A stretch of 63,604 nt of DNA, filler included, from Octopus bimaculoides (GCF_001194135.2; 4 parts of 4 records of this genome joined end to end with filler, not necessarily neighbours in it); one strand, 5' to 3'. Numbered from the whole stretch's first letter, positions 1 through 14,509 are shown. The notes: generated from the sequence alone by a model not told the origin. Made by a program: numbers and translations.

Positions 1-728
1 ATATATATATATATATATATACATACACAATGCTACTAATGTATTTTTCACACTTCTATGGCCGACGTGTACTGTAGATGGTTTAAGTTGACAAACTTTA
101 ACAGAATTGGTTAAAGCCGAAGCTGCCACATTGTACGAGAATAAAACCATAAGAAGTAGAGCGACAGATATTAGAGTTTTATGCGTAATTCCATGAAGTA
201 TTGCATCATTCAGTATTGAATGGAACTGTCATGTTTTCCATTAATAACACTAAAATATTATAAACAGAATTTCGTTCACAAATGCACAGAAACTAACACC
301 GATATCCGTGCATACAGAAACATATGTATATATATATACCTATATATGAATATGGCCGCACATACTCAGCGTATTTGGTTTGCTTGTCTGGAGACTGGAG
401 GCAAGTTGTCTATGACTGTCAGGTGTTTTAACACTCAGTGTTATCCGAAAATCATTCCCGGAGATGTGTACCCTTGTATATATTCCTCCAAACTTGACAT
501 TCCTATGTAGCTCTCTTCTAGATACGCATGACCGACCCGTATGGGTAAAGCCTTGAAGAAAGCTGTATAAGGATATCTACTTTGGATGAATACGTACAGT
601 AACTGCAGCAAATAAATGCACATAAATTGTACATGAAAGAATATTAGGAGGCTTATGCAACAGAAACACGTGTCGGGTAAGAATTTAATTGCAGGATTAG
701 ATAAATTTCGGCGATTATAAAGGCGTCT

Positions 729-912
729 AAGGCGGTGACCTGGCAGAAACGTTAGCACGCTGGGCGAAATGCTTAGTGGTATTTCGTCTGTCTTTACGTT
801 CTGAGTTCAAATTATGCCGAGGTCAACTTCGCCTTTGAACCTTTCGGTGTCGATAAATTAAGTACCAGTTGCATTCTGCGGTCGATCTAATTGACAGGAC
901 CCCTCACCAAAA
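729..912 (+). mobile_element. SINE family A (tRNA-like head; central domain resembling the Meta/MESC domain)
   Basis: ggcggtgacctggcagaaacgttagcacgc...gagttcaaatt (A/B-box-like), then gtcaacttcgcctttgaacctttcggtgtcgataaattaagtaccag. About 15 related copies occur in the window. Confidence 0.85.
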
Positions 913-1182
913 GTAGAAAAGAAAATAGAATAGAAAAGATTATAACAATGTTCTATTTACTTCTGTCGCGTTTGTGTATATGTGTGTGTATCATATCATA
1001 TTATATGTATATAAAATCAGATTTATATTATTATTTGTTGTATATTTTGTACATGTATGTATATGCATATGTATGCCTTAATGTACATGCAGCCAGCCGA
1101 AAAATACATTATATAGAAACTTTACAAACTTTCTATAAATGAATATTCGAGTCTGCGTCTGTGTATAAATGGATATTTGTAG

Positions 1183-1291
<109 letters not shown>

Positions 1292-1757
1292 GAGAGACCG
1301 TGTTATATGTGTTTGCAAATATGTGTTTACGAATGTGTATATGAGTATTTATATTAGTATATAAATTTCTAAAAATATAGGTAAATAAACAAATAACAGC
1401 GTAGAGAAAGGTTGGCAGACGACAGAGTACGAAATTCGCGGGCTTTTCTATGTATATATATGTATATACACACATATATATATGTATGGATNNNNNNNNN
1501 NNNNNNNNNNNNNNNNNNNNNNNNNNNNNNNNNNNNNNNNNNNNNNNNNNNNNNNNNNNNNNNNNNNNNNNNNNNNNNNNNNNNNNNNNNNNNNNNNNNN
1601 NNNNNNNNNNNNNNNNNNNNNNNNNNNNNNNNNNNNNNNNNNNNCATATATATACAAATATGCATACATATACATACATGTCTACATAAATGCATACACA
1701 TGTTTATATATATGTATGTACACATTTTTGTATATGCATATCTGTGTATATATGCAT

Positions 1758-1795
<38 letters not shown>

Positions 1796-2839
1796 TTGTG
1801 TTTGTGTGCATGTCTATGCGTCCAAGTATGTATTTATGTAAATGTACATATGTATATCTCTATATGTTCAAGGGAACTGAAGTGAAAGTAGGAAGATGAG
1901 CGCTCCAGATGGAACATATTTACAGTTTCAGGTTCGCTGCTCTGCGCTAATGACCCGGTGTAGATTGACTCGTATACATTCCCCTGTCGTCTCTTTAAAA
2001 TATTATCTACCCGGAAGGTTAAAAACACACAGCTAACCAACCGGTACATTCACCGTAGACATAATTTGTTTTCGATGATGTATAATAGCTACTATCAAAA
2101 GCATCGTTTTAGAAAAAAAGAAACATGTCTGTACAGCATTTTTCTTGGTGTGAAGATACGGAGCATAATGATGAAACTTGGATTACTTGTAACTTCGAAG
2201 TGTTTTGCTTCTAATAACCTTCCCCAACGCATTTTATTTTTTTTTCTGGAGTTCGTAGATTATCTCGATGCAAATCTGACTGCATGGCTGCCTGACTGCC
2301 TGGCTACCTGGTTGTCCGCCTGCTTGGCTTCCTGGCAGCCTGCTCGAATGTGAGGATAGCTGAATTGCTTATGCCCTGTTTTGGTTGAGGACTCGGTGAA
2401 AAATCAAAAGTCATGAGATACTTTGCCAAATAAAACGCATTGATAAATAGACAGACTGACAGATAGATAGATATTTAAATAGATAGATAGATAAATAGAT
2501 AGATAGACAGATAGATCAGTGAGGTTGCTATCAATTGGCATTATGGGGCTCAAACAAAATAAAAGAATTTGAGTGACGAAGTCTCCCATGATGGATTCAA
2601 GACTTATTTCTGCCCAACAGTGGAAATGATTGTGTGCAAAATATTTTTAGCCTTAAAACATTGTTGCTTTTGGATAACACTCCTAGACATCCCCCTAATA
2701 AACGGTTGTAGAGAAAGCGTTCTTGTTGCCTTAATACGGCAGCCATTATCAGACATTGGATATCGAGGAGATTGTAAAGTTCTCAGCTAATTTTTTGAAG
2801 ATTACTTTTGAATAAGGAATGCAAGATATTATAAGTCAT

Positions 2840-2910
2840 GCATTGAGGTCGATGTAATCGACTTCCTCCTTCCATGGAAATTACTGCCCTTGTTTAGATA
2901 TTTTGAATCA
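2840..2910 (+). mobile_element. SINE family A 3' fragment
   Basis: gcattgaggtcgatgtaatcgact...gaaattactgcccttg matches the family A tail. Confidence 0.55.
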
Positions 2911-3134
2911 ATATTTCTTTTTCATATCTGTAGAAAGTTACAAAAGGAATTCAAAGCAAAACAATTTCGCGCCTTAATAATGCTTATCAATATGGCGAAT
3001 ATTATGCAAGCGTGTCACTTTTGTAACTTACGGTCGATTATAAAACTTTGAATAACTATATGTTTACAAGTGTTAAGTTCTATTTCTTCTGTTTGGTCTG
3101 CCAACGCAACGTATACTTATGTATTATGTGTATA

Positions 3135-3176
<42 letters not shown>

Positions 3177-3703
3177 CAGATTTATTTTCCAGTGTGCTCA
3201 TGATGTGTATATGTATAGTGTGTACGTACGTGTATGTGTGTGCGTGTGTGTGTGCGTGTACGTATGGAAGAATGTTCTACCAATTCCCAGAACCAATTAC
3301 TGATGTTGGAAAGAAGATTAATGGGAGATATAATTACATTATATACTCAACGGGCTATGCATTTATATATACATACACACGCACTCACATACACACGCAC
3401 GCACACATATATATATTTCTTTACATTTCTATATGTATAATGTATGTACGCATGCATGTATGTATGTATTATGTATGTATAATTGACCAGCGGTGTAATT
3501 CAGAAGTTTCGAACGATTTCACAAAATCACAAATTGTGGTTCCCTTATACAGTTACAATATTCCCGTTCGTCTCACCGTTTATTTCTGCAAAGTTCACAT
3601 TTTGGTGGCCTATCATCAGTGGGTGTGTATATATATATAATTATCTCGCTCTTATTGTTTACCGACTAACGAAATGTATCTCAAAATAACTCGTATTCTG
3701 GTA

Positions 3704-3737
<34 letters not shown>

Positions 3738-3761
3738 ATATATATATAGATAGATAGATAT

Positions 3762-3822
<61 letters not shown>

Positions 3823-3839
3823 ATAAAGCGAGTAACCAC

Positions 3840-4002
3840 ATCAAAGTCGCCGATGAATGTTACTATTAGTTTAATCTCAGGCATATTTCTCCGACAGCTG
3901 GTTTTCGGTGCAAGCTCTGCACCGTTTATATACCCCGAAAACCAGCTGGCGGAGAACATGCCTGGGGTTAAACTGGTAGTAACATTCATCTGCCACTTTG
4001 AT
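3840..4002. repeat. Long inverted repeat / fold-back hairpin (MITE-like)
   Basis: Arm 3840-3908 (atcaaagtcgccgatgaatgttactattagtttaatctcaggcat...) matches the reverse complement of 3935-4002 with 8 mismatches and 1 gap over 69 nt; the loop is 26 nt. Confidence 0.85.
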
Positions 4003-4137
4003 ATTTATGTATGTATCTATATTCTATGATATCATATCCGGTCCTATTTCTTTATCTTTTTCATGGCCCTAAACCATGTTCACATTATCTTGAAAGCATA
4101 CAAAATACTTAGGGACATTTTTCTTTCTTAGGAACAT

Positions 4138-4280
4138 TTCAAATTCCGCTGACATTGAATGTGTTTTATATTCTCTCGCGGTCGGTTATACAAGTACCCG
4201 TTGTGTTCTGGGGTCGATGAAATCCGTTTACCCATCTGCCATGAAATTACTAACTTTGTTCCCAATTGTATAACCATATT
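4138..4280 (+). mobile_element. SINE family A, degenerate 5'-truncated copy
   Basis: ttcaaattccgc...ggtcggttatacaagtacccgttg..ctggggtcgatg. Confidence 0.6.
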
Positions 4281-4750
4281 ATATTCAGTACAATTTCATA
4301 TTAAATACTTCATGCTTCAATGAACTAAGATGCGTAATGTGACGCACACATCAATATGATATTTATAAAGAAACACACACGTGCCCACACAAGTATAGAT
4401 ATATTGTGGCGTGTGTTTATATATATTTATGCGTATGTGGATACTTGTAAATATCTGAATATATATAGATTCATGTCATATGTATCTGTGTACGGGTGCA
4501 CACGCCTTTGTGAACTTCAACATACGTGTATCATACTGAAATATCGGCATTTCTATCAAACATTTCTATCAAACATTTGTATTTGTGCGTATAGTTGTGC
4601 GTGCATGTATGTGTGAATGTGTGTGAATATATAAATATTTAATATGAGTTCAGAGATAATGGGTCCCTCTTGTCTCGCTTTGAGTGGTCATTATCATATC
4701 GCCCATCATTGAATGCTTGTACATGATGCATATATGTATACGTTGTCATG

Positions 4751-4805
<55 letters not shown>

Positions 4806-4950
4806 ATGTATATGTATGTGTGTACATATACATATGCATATATATATGTACATATGTATATGTGTATATATTTATTTATATATATATACTTATATTATAA
4901 TATTAACACACACACACCATACACAAACACACAGAACCATACACAAACAG

Positions 4951-5036
<86 letters not shown>

Positions 5037-5181
5037 ATGTATAAATGTATATAAGTACATGGTTTACTGGATAGTTATAGGAACGTTTCTACATATACAT
5101 GTGTATGCCTTTGTATACATATATGTACACACACATATGCGCACATATATACATATGTATGCATGTACGTACGTACGTACG

Positions 5182-5266
<85 letters not shown>

Positions 5267-5432
5267 GTAAACTGAAAAATAGAAGAGACTGATGTACAAT
5301 ATGTTCTTGCTACATAACCATGAATTTACATATTCTTCTAACCATACACATGCAAAATTCTTAACGTCAGTAAGTATAAAGCACACCCTGTATTATACAT
5401 GTATACACACACAGAGTATATCTGCATATTTA

Positions 5433-5803
5433 TACGAGGTGGTATCAGAAAGTTCCCTGAATAATTAAACAGTGTACCAACAGATGTCAGCACACGGTTA
5501 CGTGTGTAGTGAGATTTGGCAGTGATCTTCATGAGGCAATGTGCCGAGTGACATAGCTGTGCTTACTGCGTAAATTGTTATATTAGTGTATGTTGTAGTC
5601 TGCGATTGTTTCTCATAGACAGGTAGTTGGAACAAAAAACCGACGTGTAATTCTGAGTTAAACTTGGGAAGTCTGTAACAGAATCATTTAGCCTTCTTGG
5701 GCAAGATTACGGCCACGGGGCAGTGTGTCGTACTTGATTCCAGTGGCACGGGCGCTTCTTAATTGGGAGAATGTCCCTGCAAGATAATGACCGATCTGGA
5801 AGT
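5433..5803 (+). mobile_element. Mariner DNA transposon relic (left TIR plus degenerate transposase N-terminus)
   Basis: TIR-like TACGAGGTGGTATCAGAAAGTTCC. 5615-5803 translates in one frame to IDR*LEQKTDV*F*VKLGKSVTESFSLLGQDYGHGAVCRT*FQWHGRFLIGRMSLQDNDRSGS, matching the mariner HTH consensus EQRxxVKFCVKLGKSATET...AYG...FEWHxRFKxGRxSLEDDxRSGRP. It carries 4 stops. Confidence 0.8.
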
Positions 5804-5995
5804 TGTTTCCAAGTTACTGACAAAGTGAATTGCGTCATGGTACTGTTTTTCTGACGGACGGTGCCCAACTGGCCATACTATGCTGTGTAGTCAACAAAAT
5901 CAAATGCAAACAAGGCGCATGCGCGAAATTAAAAATATAGAAAGACAGTAATTCATTCATCGCAAAGTGTATTTATAGGTGAATATAGGTTTGTA

Positions 5996-6078
<83 letters not shown>

Positions 6079-6211
6079 AGTATGTATGTACGTATGCATA
6101 TACACACACTTACACACACACATATATATATATATAAAAACATGTATACGTGAATACGTACATACTTAAACTGAGTGCGTCTTTGCGTATGTGTTTGTGT
6201 ACGTGTGCGTA

Positions 6212-6250
<39 letters not shown>

Positions 6251-7028
6251 AGGTGTGCTTACGATTCACATATCACAACGATGATCTCTTTGAAAATACC
6301 AGATATACAATAAAATATATAATGATCATAGAAATCAGTTCAATATCAGATGACAATTCAATGAATCGATATTTAATCGAATGAATGAAAATTGAAGAAA
6401 AACACTAGCACTTAACAGACGATGCTTTACTTTATACCGGCTATATATGTCTGGTGGTATATATGTGTATTTATATCTGTGTATACATGCATATATATAT
6501 ATATATATATANNNNNNNNNNNNNNNNNNNNNNNNNNNNNNNNNNNNNNNNNNNNNNNNNNNNNNNNNNNNNNNNNNNNNNNNNNNNNNNNNNNNNNNNN
6601 NNNNNNNNNNNNNNNNNNNNNNNNNNNNNNNNNNNNNNNNNNNNNNNNNNNNNNNNNNNNNNNNNNNNNNNNNNNNNNNNNNNNNNNNNNNNNNNNNNNN
6701 NNNNNNNNNNNNNNNNNNNNNNNNNNNNNNNNNNNNNNNNNNNNNNNNNNNNNNNNNNNNNNNNNNNNNNNNNNNNNNNNNNNNNNNNNNNNNNNNNNNN
6801 NNNNNNNNNNNNNNNNNNNNNNNNNNNNNNNNNNNNNNNNNNNNNNNNNNNNNNNNNNNNNNNNNNNNNNNNNNNNNNNNNNNNNNNNNNNNNNNNNNNN
6901 NNNNNNNNNNNNNNNNNNNNNNNNNNNNNNNNNNNNNNNNNNNNNNNNNNNNNNNNNNNNNNNNNNNNNNNNNNNNNNNNNNNNNNNNNNNNNNNNNNNN
7001 NNNNNNNNNNNNNNGAGAGAGAGAGACG

Positions 7029-7062
<34 letters not shown>

Positions 7063-7629
7063 GAGATAGTGTGTAGGAAAGAAAGGACGGTTGAGGAAGA
7101 ATGAGGGAGGGAGACGTTTTTAAAAAATCGAATAGAATATGATTGGGAGGGGTGAAAGGAATATTACTTTCTCTCGAGGTCGTGTTGATTCTCAATAAAG
7201 TTCATTTGAAAGGGATTTTATGTGAAAGAAGACAGAGTAGGAGAGAGAGACGCACACAGCGAGGATTAAAGGAAAGGATCTTGAATAATGTGGAGAAGAG
7301 AGGAATCGTAGGTAAGGTGGTAACGCTGGAATACACAATAACGATCAAAGATATTCTCGTCTGGTCGGTTTGACATATTGTATTATGTATGTGACACAAC
7401 AAGGTTGCATGTGTGTTTGTGTGTATGTACGTATGTGAAAATTGCTGTGATTTGTAGTTAAAGCACTTTCATTCCATCTTGTTTTATAAACAGTTATACA
7501 AATGTTGCAGACACTAATGGAGTTTCAAAAATGTATCCAGTTAATGGATCAATCTTCCTGCATGATGGAATATCGAAGCCTATAACCTTAGAATAGCTTT
7601 AAAATGCACGTCGTCGGATTATTACCCAC

Positions 7630-7672
<43 letters not shown>

Positions 7673-8366
7673 TGTATATTGTACCAATATCATTCGGGCG
7701 TTAACCTTGGAATTTACTCTTTAAGCTCATCTAGGAATGTACAAGCTATCGGATGTGGCTATGAATCAGAGACCGATTTTTTACAGAGCAGATTACCGAA
7801 AATCCTTCATATCCGTAGAATTTATATAATTATTAGTAATACGAATAAAGTAGACAATTGTTTTATTTCATACATTTAGAATGGTTTCGTCGGCATTCGA
7901 ACTCCAGACTATTGCCATATTATTATATAATACATGCATCTATGGACTTAAAGTTCGTCATTATATCAATACGATCAAATGTCATCTCATCAGAATCCTG
8001 TATATCATACTATTGCTTATAATCACGAATTTAGCCAGAATTTATAATCACGAATTTTACTTGTACATCACAAGTAAAACCAAGAAAAAAAAAACAATCA
8101 AAAATTAATAAACACAGAAATAACCATAATTTAAATCCACCAGTTAATACATACGATCAGAGCAGACGAAAGGATAAACATAAAACAATAGAATAAGCCA
8201 GAAGATTATATCGCTTTCTGTCTCCAGAAGATGTCTAAATCATATGGCTAGGTAATAATATATGCGCTTTTAATTATTCTATTACAAGACAGACATCTGC
8301 AGACATAGTTTTTGTAGATCTGTAAGATATACAAGCAGCTCGTAAACTATTATATGCATACATACA

Positions 8367-8414
<48 letters not shown>

Positions 8415-9068
8415 NNNNNNNNNNNNNNNNNNNNNNNNNNNNNNNNNNNNNNNNNNNNNNNNNNNNNNNNNNNNNNNNNNNNNNNNNNNNNNNNNNNNNN
8501 NNNNNNNNNNNNNNNNNNNNNNNNNNNNNNNNNNNNNNNNNNNNNNNNNNNNNNNNNNNNNNNNNNNNNNNNNNNNNNNNNNNNNNNNNNNNNNNNNNNN
8601 NNNNNNNNNNNNNNNNNNNNNNNNNNNNNNNNNNNNNNNNNNNNNNNNNNNNNNNNNNNNNNNNNNNNNNNNNNNNNNNNNNNNNNNNNNNNNNNNNNNN
8701 NNNNNNNNNNNNNNNNNNNNNNNNNNNNNNNNNNNNNNNNNNNNNNNNNNNNNNNNNNNNNNNNNNNNNNNNNNNNNNNNNNNNNNNNNNNNNNNNNNNN
8801 NNNNNNNNNNNNNNNNNNNNNNNNNNNNNNNNNNNNNNNNNNNNNNNNNNNNNNNNNNNNNNNNNNNNNNNNNNNNNNNNNNNNNNNNNNNNNNNNNNNN
8901 NNNNNNNNNNNNNNNNNNNNNNNNNNNNNNNNNNNNNNNNNNNNNNNNNNNNNNNNNNNNNNNNNNNNNNNNNNNNNNNNNNNNNNNNNNNNNNNNNNNN
9001 NNNNNNNNNNNNNNNNNNNNNNNNNNNNNNNNNNNNNNNNNNNNNNNNNNNNNNNNNNNNNNNNNNNN

Positions 9069-9113
<45 letters not shown>

Positions 9114-9821
9114 TATTGTAGTGTCGATGCTGTTTAGATCCAAGATTTCCCCGAGTGACCTACCAGGCCAATATCTCTCTAATGATGATACCCAGCCGTC
9201 TTAAAGAGAAAAAAAAAAACATTTTACTTTATCTAGATATAGACATTGCTTAAAAAAGTATGTTGTCGAATAAGAAAGCATTTGATCGTAAATACGTTTG
9301 ATCACGGTAAAACGGAGAGGGTTAAATAATAAAACTCATACTAACGTATATAGAATTAAAGATATAGATAAACTGGACATCGTAAAGTTTCTAAAGAGAG
9401 AAAAGCGAAATGTATTTAAAATAAGAGTATAATAGAGAAAAAAAAACAAAGAGATGAACAACAAGAAAAGAAAGAAAACGACAGAATGAATTTCATATAT
9501 TTGTGTGTATGCATATATATATTGTTTGTGTGTGTGTGTATGTGTGTGTATGAAACATACAGGGGATTTGTACTAAGGTAACCCTATCAAACATATGTAT
9601 ACATACATGTGTGTGTTGTGCAGGCGCGTGTGTGTGCGTATGTATATATAGACATATGTATACATATACGGATATATTTACATGTATTGATGTACATAAA
9701 TATTTATGCGTAACAATGTATCTTCTGTACACATGCGTAAATACATATATACAAATATAAATATATATACATATCTATAGACATATACGCATCTATACAT
9801 ACACACACTTATATATATGTA

Positions 9822-9862
<41 letters not shown>

Positions 9863-10658
9863 GTATGTGTGTGTGTGTGAGACAGAGAAGGAAAGAAAGA
9901 AAGAAATACAATATTAATGCAAGCACACTTCTGACATAATCACTTGATATTAATAGGATAAAATAAAACGTTGTAAAATAGAAGATGGCTGCCAAATACG
10001 CTTCATTTGAAATGTCGTTTGTTTTTCTTCGCAACTTTCGTTTGGGAATTATCCACTCTAACTGGGAAATATATATTTTGAAGATTGACTGAACTCAATA
10101 GGAATTATCATGAAGAAAGCGTCATAATAAAGGAAACTTCTAGAAATCTTTTGATATATTACCAATTCTCTCAAATCTACAGACCAAAGTACCATTATTT
10201 TTGTTTTGTATTTTATGTTACATTCTTGTTCATCAATACTTCTTGATTTATCTTTCATCATCGGACAGGAAATGAAAGGAAAATAGGAATAAGTATGAAT
10301 AATAGAATAATGGAATAACGAATTATAATTAATAGCCATATAAAAAGAAAAAGAAATATCAAAATAACGAAACGTTTTCTAGCATGATTAAATAATAAAT
10401 ATGTAAGAAGAAGGTATGTAAGGGAAAACATGAGAGGAAATAACAGGTCGATATAAAATTAGGTAGATTAAAAAGCGAAAATGAATCATAAGCAATTCAA
10501 ATGTGTTTGTAGGATGTAGGAAAGATGGGAAAATGAAAGAATTTCTAATAAAAGATGGAAACTAAGGAGTAATAATCGAGTATTTAATCATCAGCATCAA
10601 GCGAATAAATAAATGTTATCGCATGTATTGCGTACCACTTTATTCGTTTTCGGTTACG

Positions 10659-10715
<57 letters not shown>

Positions 10716-10728
10716 GCTAAAACTATAA

Positions 10729-11043
10729 CTGGCATTCCGTCAGTTACAACGTCGAGTGTTCCAGTTGATCCGAACAAAGAAACAACCAGCTCGTTAAATT
10801 AACATACAAATGGCTGTGTATTCCGTAGACACGTGTACCCCTAATGCAGTACTCAGGGAGATTTAGCGTGACAAAGAATGTGACAAGGCTGGCCCTTTGA
10901 AATGCAAATACACTTCATTTTTGCCGGCTGTGTGAACTGGAGCAACGTGAAATAATGTGTCTTGCTCAAAGACAGAACGCATCGCCGGGAATTGAATTCA
11001 CGACCTTACGATCATATGCTGAATAGCCTAACCACTAAGCCAC
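10729..11043 (-). mobile_element. SINE family D (tRNA head plus CORE-like domain)
   Basis: Minus strand: gtggcttagtggttagg (A box), gaattcaattccc (B box), ttgagcaagacacattatttcacgttgctccagttcacacagc (CORE-like), and a long 3' part ending at an (AT)n. Confidence 0.75.
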
Positions 11044-11339
11044 AAAGTCTGCATATCTAACTTAACGTAGATCGCTTAATACTTTCGAGAGCTCCTTTTG
11101 CATCGAGAGTAGATCAACGTACTCAGGAACGCACTCAGGACTGCTGTGACGAAGTTCGGTGTCCACTGCAGCACGGTCCTGAGAATCGAAAATAATCAGA
11201 GAAATCAAAGAGATAAGGTCTGCACGAGTAACAGGAGTCCAACCGGATCCTGATTCTGTTATTATGTTTCATCGTTATGACCGTGAATTTTATGCTAATA
11301 TTTTCCCAATGAGAGCGAAACAACTAAGCTCCACGCTGC

Positions 11340-11527
11340 TCCGGCAGAAGGTAATGGCGAACCTCTACTGACTCTTTTGCCACAACTTTCTCTCGATCTT
11401 TCCTCCTGCATCTAGCAGCTCACCTGCAACAGACTGGCATCCCGTCCAGATGGGGAGTATATACGCCAATGAAACCGGGAAAGCGGCCCTTATGAGCCAG
11501 GCATGGCTCGAGAAGGAACAAGCAACA
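11340..11527 (+). mobile_element. Possible SINE fragment with a V-domain-like block
   Basis: gctcacctgcaacagactggcatcccgtccagatgggga...gaaaccggg resembles the V-SINE core (CCTGCGATGGACTGGCxxCCxGTCCAGG). It is single-copy here. Confidence 0.4.
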
Positions 11528-12706
11528 TTTACCCAATAAACGACCTCAAAACACATAACCAGTAAAATTGCTAAACAGGTCATCTTCAGACAGGAAAAAA
11601 CGAACGTTATCTATACCTACACACACATATACGCACACGTACACATACACACACACATAAACACATGTAAACTCATCATTAAAGGAAGTTGCTTCTTAAA
11701 TACTTTGGAATTGGTACATTCACTAAAACATAACTATTATTAATGTCTAAAGTATCTAGAAAATTATTACAAATTTTAATATTTTTTATGGAAATAGGGT
11801 TTCCAAGGTTTTTTTTAATATTGAAAGTTTCACCTTCATTATTCAATCAGTATGCTAATTTTATTCACTGCGAGACGGTTATCTTACTCTGCGAGATAGA
11901 GACTTTTAACGACTCTCTTTAGGTTTCGACTCTAGAAATATGCTCCCAGCTGTATTTTCTTCCTCATAAATATATTAAAAAATGGATATTTTTTTTAATA
12001 TTTCCTAAAAGTAAGTTTTAGACTGTGTACACTTCGATTATATGAAAATTTTCTGCGTAAAATATTATCAGACGAGAGGGAGAGAGAAGTTGCCGATAAT
12101 TCATTCACCTCGACGTTGTTTCTTCATAATTTTCAGAAAAATAGCTATTTTTTCAAAGTAATTTTCTACAAATACCTTTCAGAAATGCAGATTACGGTTA
12201 AGTCTGAATTGAATGTGAAAAACTATGGCGGTGTGAGATATTTCAGGTATAATTTCTTTGTTTCTTCATATATCTTGATGATGCAGATTAGAAATATGTT
12301 ATGGGAAAACAAGCTGGAGGCATGCGAGTTAAACAAAACACATCTCCTCCACTCCCCAGAAAAAGCTTTTCTAAACATATTCCAATAAAATCGATATCCA
12401 AACAATTTAAAACATATTTGTACAGAATGGCATTAAGAAAGTATCCATATTTCCAGGAAATTGTGAAGTAACAAAGTCGACTGTGGAGAACAATTCTATA
12501 GTTGTGCCCTGAATTTATTTACTGAGCGAATGAATACCTTTAGATGAATAAAAAACACAAAGGAAAAGTAGATATAACACAAAAGTACAGCTACACACAT
12601 CGAGAATAAGATGATTAAGAAAATGAGAGAATAAGAGAATAATATGTATTGTACAATGATTATGAGAAAAACAACCGGAAGGTGTCTTTCAGATAGTAAA
12701 CATATA

Positions 12707-12923
12707 TTCTTTTAATCTTTTAATTGTTTCAGTCATTTGACTGCGGCCAGGCTGGAGCACCACCTTTTAGTCGCAGATATCGAAACCGAGACTCATTATT
12801 TGTAAGCTTGGTACTTATTCTTTCGATGTCTTTTGCAGAACCGCTAAGTTACAGGGCTGTAAACACACCAGCATCGGTTGTCAAGCGATGCTGGTGGGGA
12901 TAGGCTCAAACACAGACACAAAG

Positions 12924-12925
<2 letters not shown>
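12707..12925 (-). mobile_element. SINE family BC 3' module, followed by an expanded (AT)n and a gap
   Basis: ttgtttcagtcatttgactgcggccaggctggagcacc...ggtacttattc...gaaccgctaagttacagggctgtaaacacaccagcatcggttgtcaagcgatg. Confidence 0.85.
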
Positions 12926-12973
<48 letters not shown>

Positions 12974-14042
12974 GCATATATATATGTAGATATATATATA
13001 TATACATATATATATGTGTATATATACATATATATATACATATATATGCATATATATATATGTGTGTATATATATATANNNNNNNNNNNNNNNNNNNNNN
13101 NNNNNNNNNNNNNNNNNNNNNNNNNNNNNNNNNNNNNNNNNNNNNNNNNNNNNNNNNNNNNNNNNNNNNNNNNNNNNNNNNNNNNNNNNNNNNNNNNNNN
13201 NNNNNNNNNNNNNNNNNNNNNNNNNNNNNNNNNNNNNNNNNNNNNNNNNNNNNNNNNNNNNNNNNNNNNNNNNNNNNNNNNNNNNNNNNNNNNNNNNNNN
13301 NNNNNNNNNNNNNNNNNNNNNNNNNNNNNNNNNNNNNNNNNNNNNNNNNNNNNNNNNNNNNNNNNNNNNNNNNNNNNNNNNNNNNNNNNNNNNNNNNNNN
13401 NNNNNNNNNNNNNNNNNNNNNNNNNNNNNNNNNNNNNNNNNNNNNNNNNNNNNNNNNNNNNNNNNNNNNNNNNNNNNNNNNNNNNNNNNNNNNNNNNNNN
13501 NNNNNNNNNNNNNNNNNNNNNNNNNNNNNNNNNNNNNNNNNNNNNNNNNNNNNNNNNNNNNNNNNNNNNNNNNNNNNNNNNNNNNNNNNNNNNNNNNNNN
13601 NNNNNNNNNNNNNNNNNNNNNNNNNNNNNNNNNNNNNNNNNNNNNNNNNNNNNNNNNNNNNNNNNNNNNNNNNNNNNNNNNNNNNNNNNNNNNNNNNNNN
13701 NNNNNNNNNNNNNNNNNNNNNNNNNNNNNNNNNNNNNNNNNNNNNNNNNNNNNNNNNNNNNNNNNNNNNNNNNNNNNNNNNNNNNNNNNNNNNNNNNNNN
13801 NNNNNNNNNNNNNNNNNNNNNNNNNNNNNNNNNNNNNNNNNNNNNNNNNNNNNNNNNNNNNNNNNNNNNNNNNNNNNNNNNNNNNNNNNNNNNNNNNNNN
13901 NNNNNNNNNNNNNNNNNNNNNNNNNNNNNNNNNNNNNNNNNNNNNNNNNNNNNNNNNNNNNNNNNNNNNNNNNNNNNNNNNNNNNNNNNNNNNNNNNNNN
14001 NNNNNNNNNNNNNNNNNNNNNNNNNNNNNNNNNNNNNNNNNN

Positions 14043-14110
<68 letters not shown>

Positions 14111-14117
14111 GGACTGC

Positions 14118-14300
14118 AAGGTGTCAGAATCATTTGGAAGCCTAGCAAAAGACAAAAGGGCATAGCAGCATTCCGTCCGTTTTTACGTTCGAAGTTCAAA
14201 ATGTGCCGAGGATGACTTTGCCTTATATCGCCAATCGAACAGAGGGATCGACGTAATCGACAATCCCCCTCCCTCGAAAATCGCTGAAAGTGTTTGAAAC
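14118..14300 (+). mobile_element. SINE family A, degenerate copy with internal deletion
   Basis: cattccgtccgtttttacgttcgaagttcaaaatgtgccgaggatgactttgcc...gatcgacgtaatcgac. Confidence 0.65.
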
Positions 14301-14342
14301 TTTTATATATGTATGTATATATATATATATATAAGAAATAAG

Positions 14343-14509
14343 TCAATTACATCCACCTCAGCATTCAACTGGTACTCATTTTATAGATTGCCAAAGGTTA
14401 AAAGACGGAATCAATCATGGTAGAATTTGAACAGAAAACGTAAAAACCTATGAAATGCCGCTACGCATTTTGTTCGGCGCGCTAACGATTCTGCTAGCTT
14501 GCCGTCTTA
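14343..14509 (-). mobile_element. SINE family A
   Basis: Reverse complement of the head (gctaacgattctgctagcttgcc) and of the central domain (caactggtactcatttta). Confidence 0.75.
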
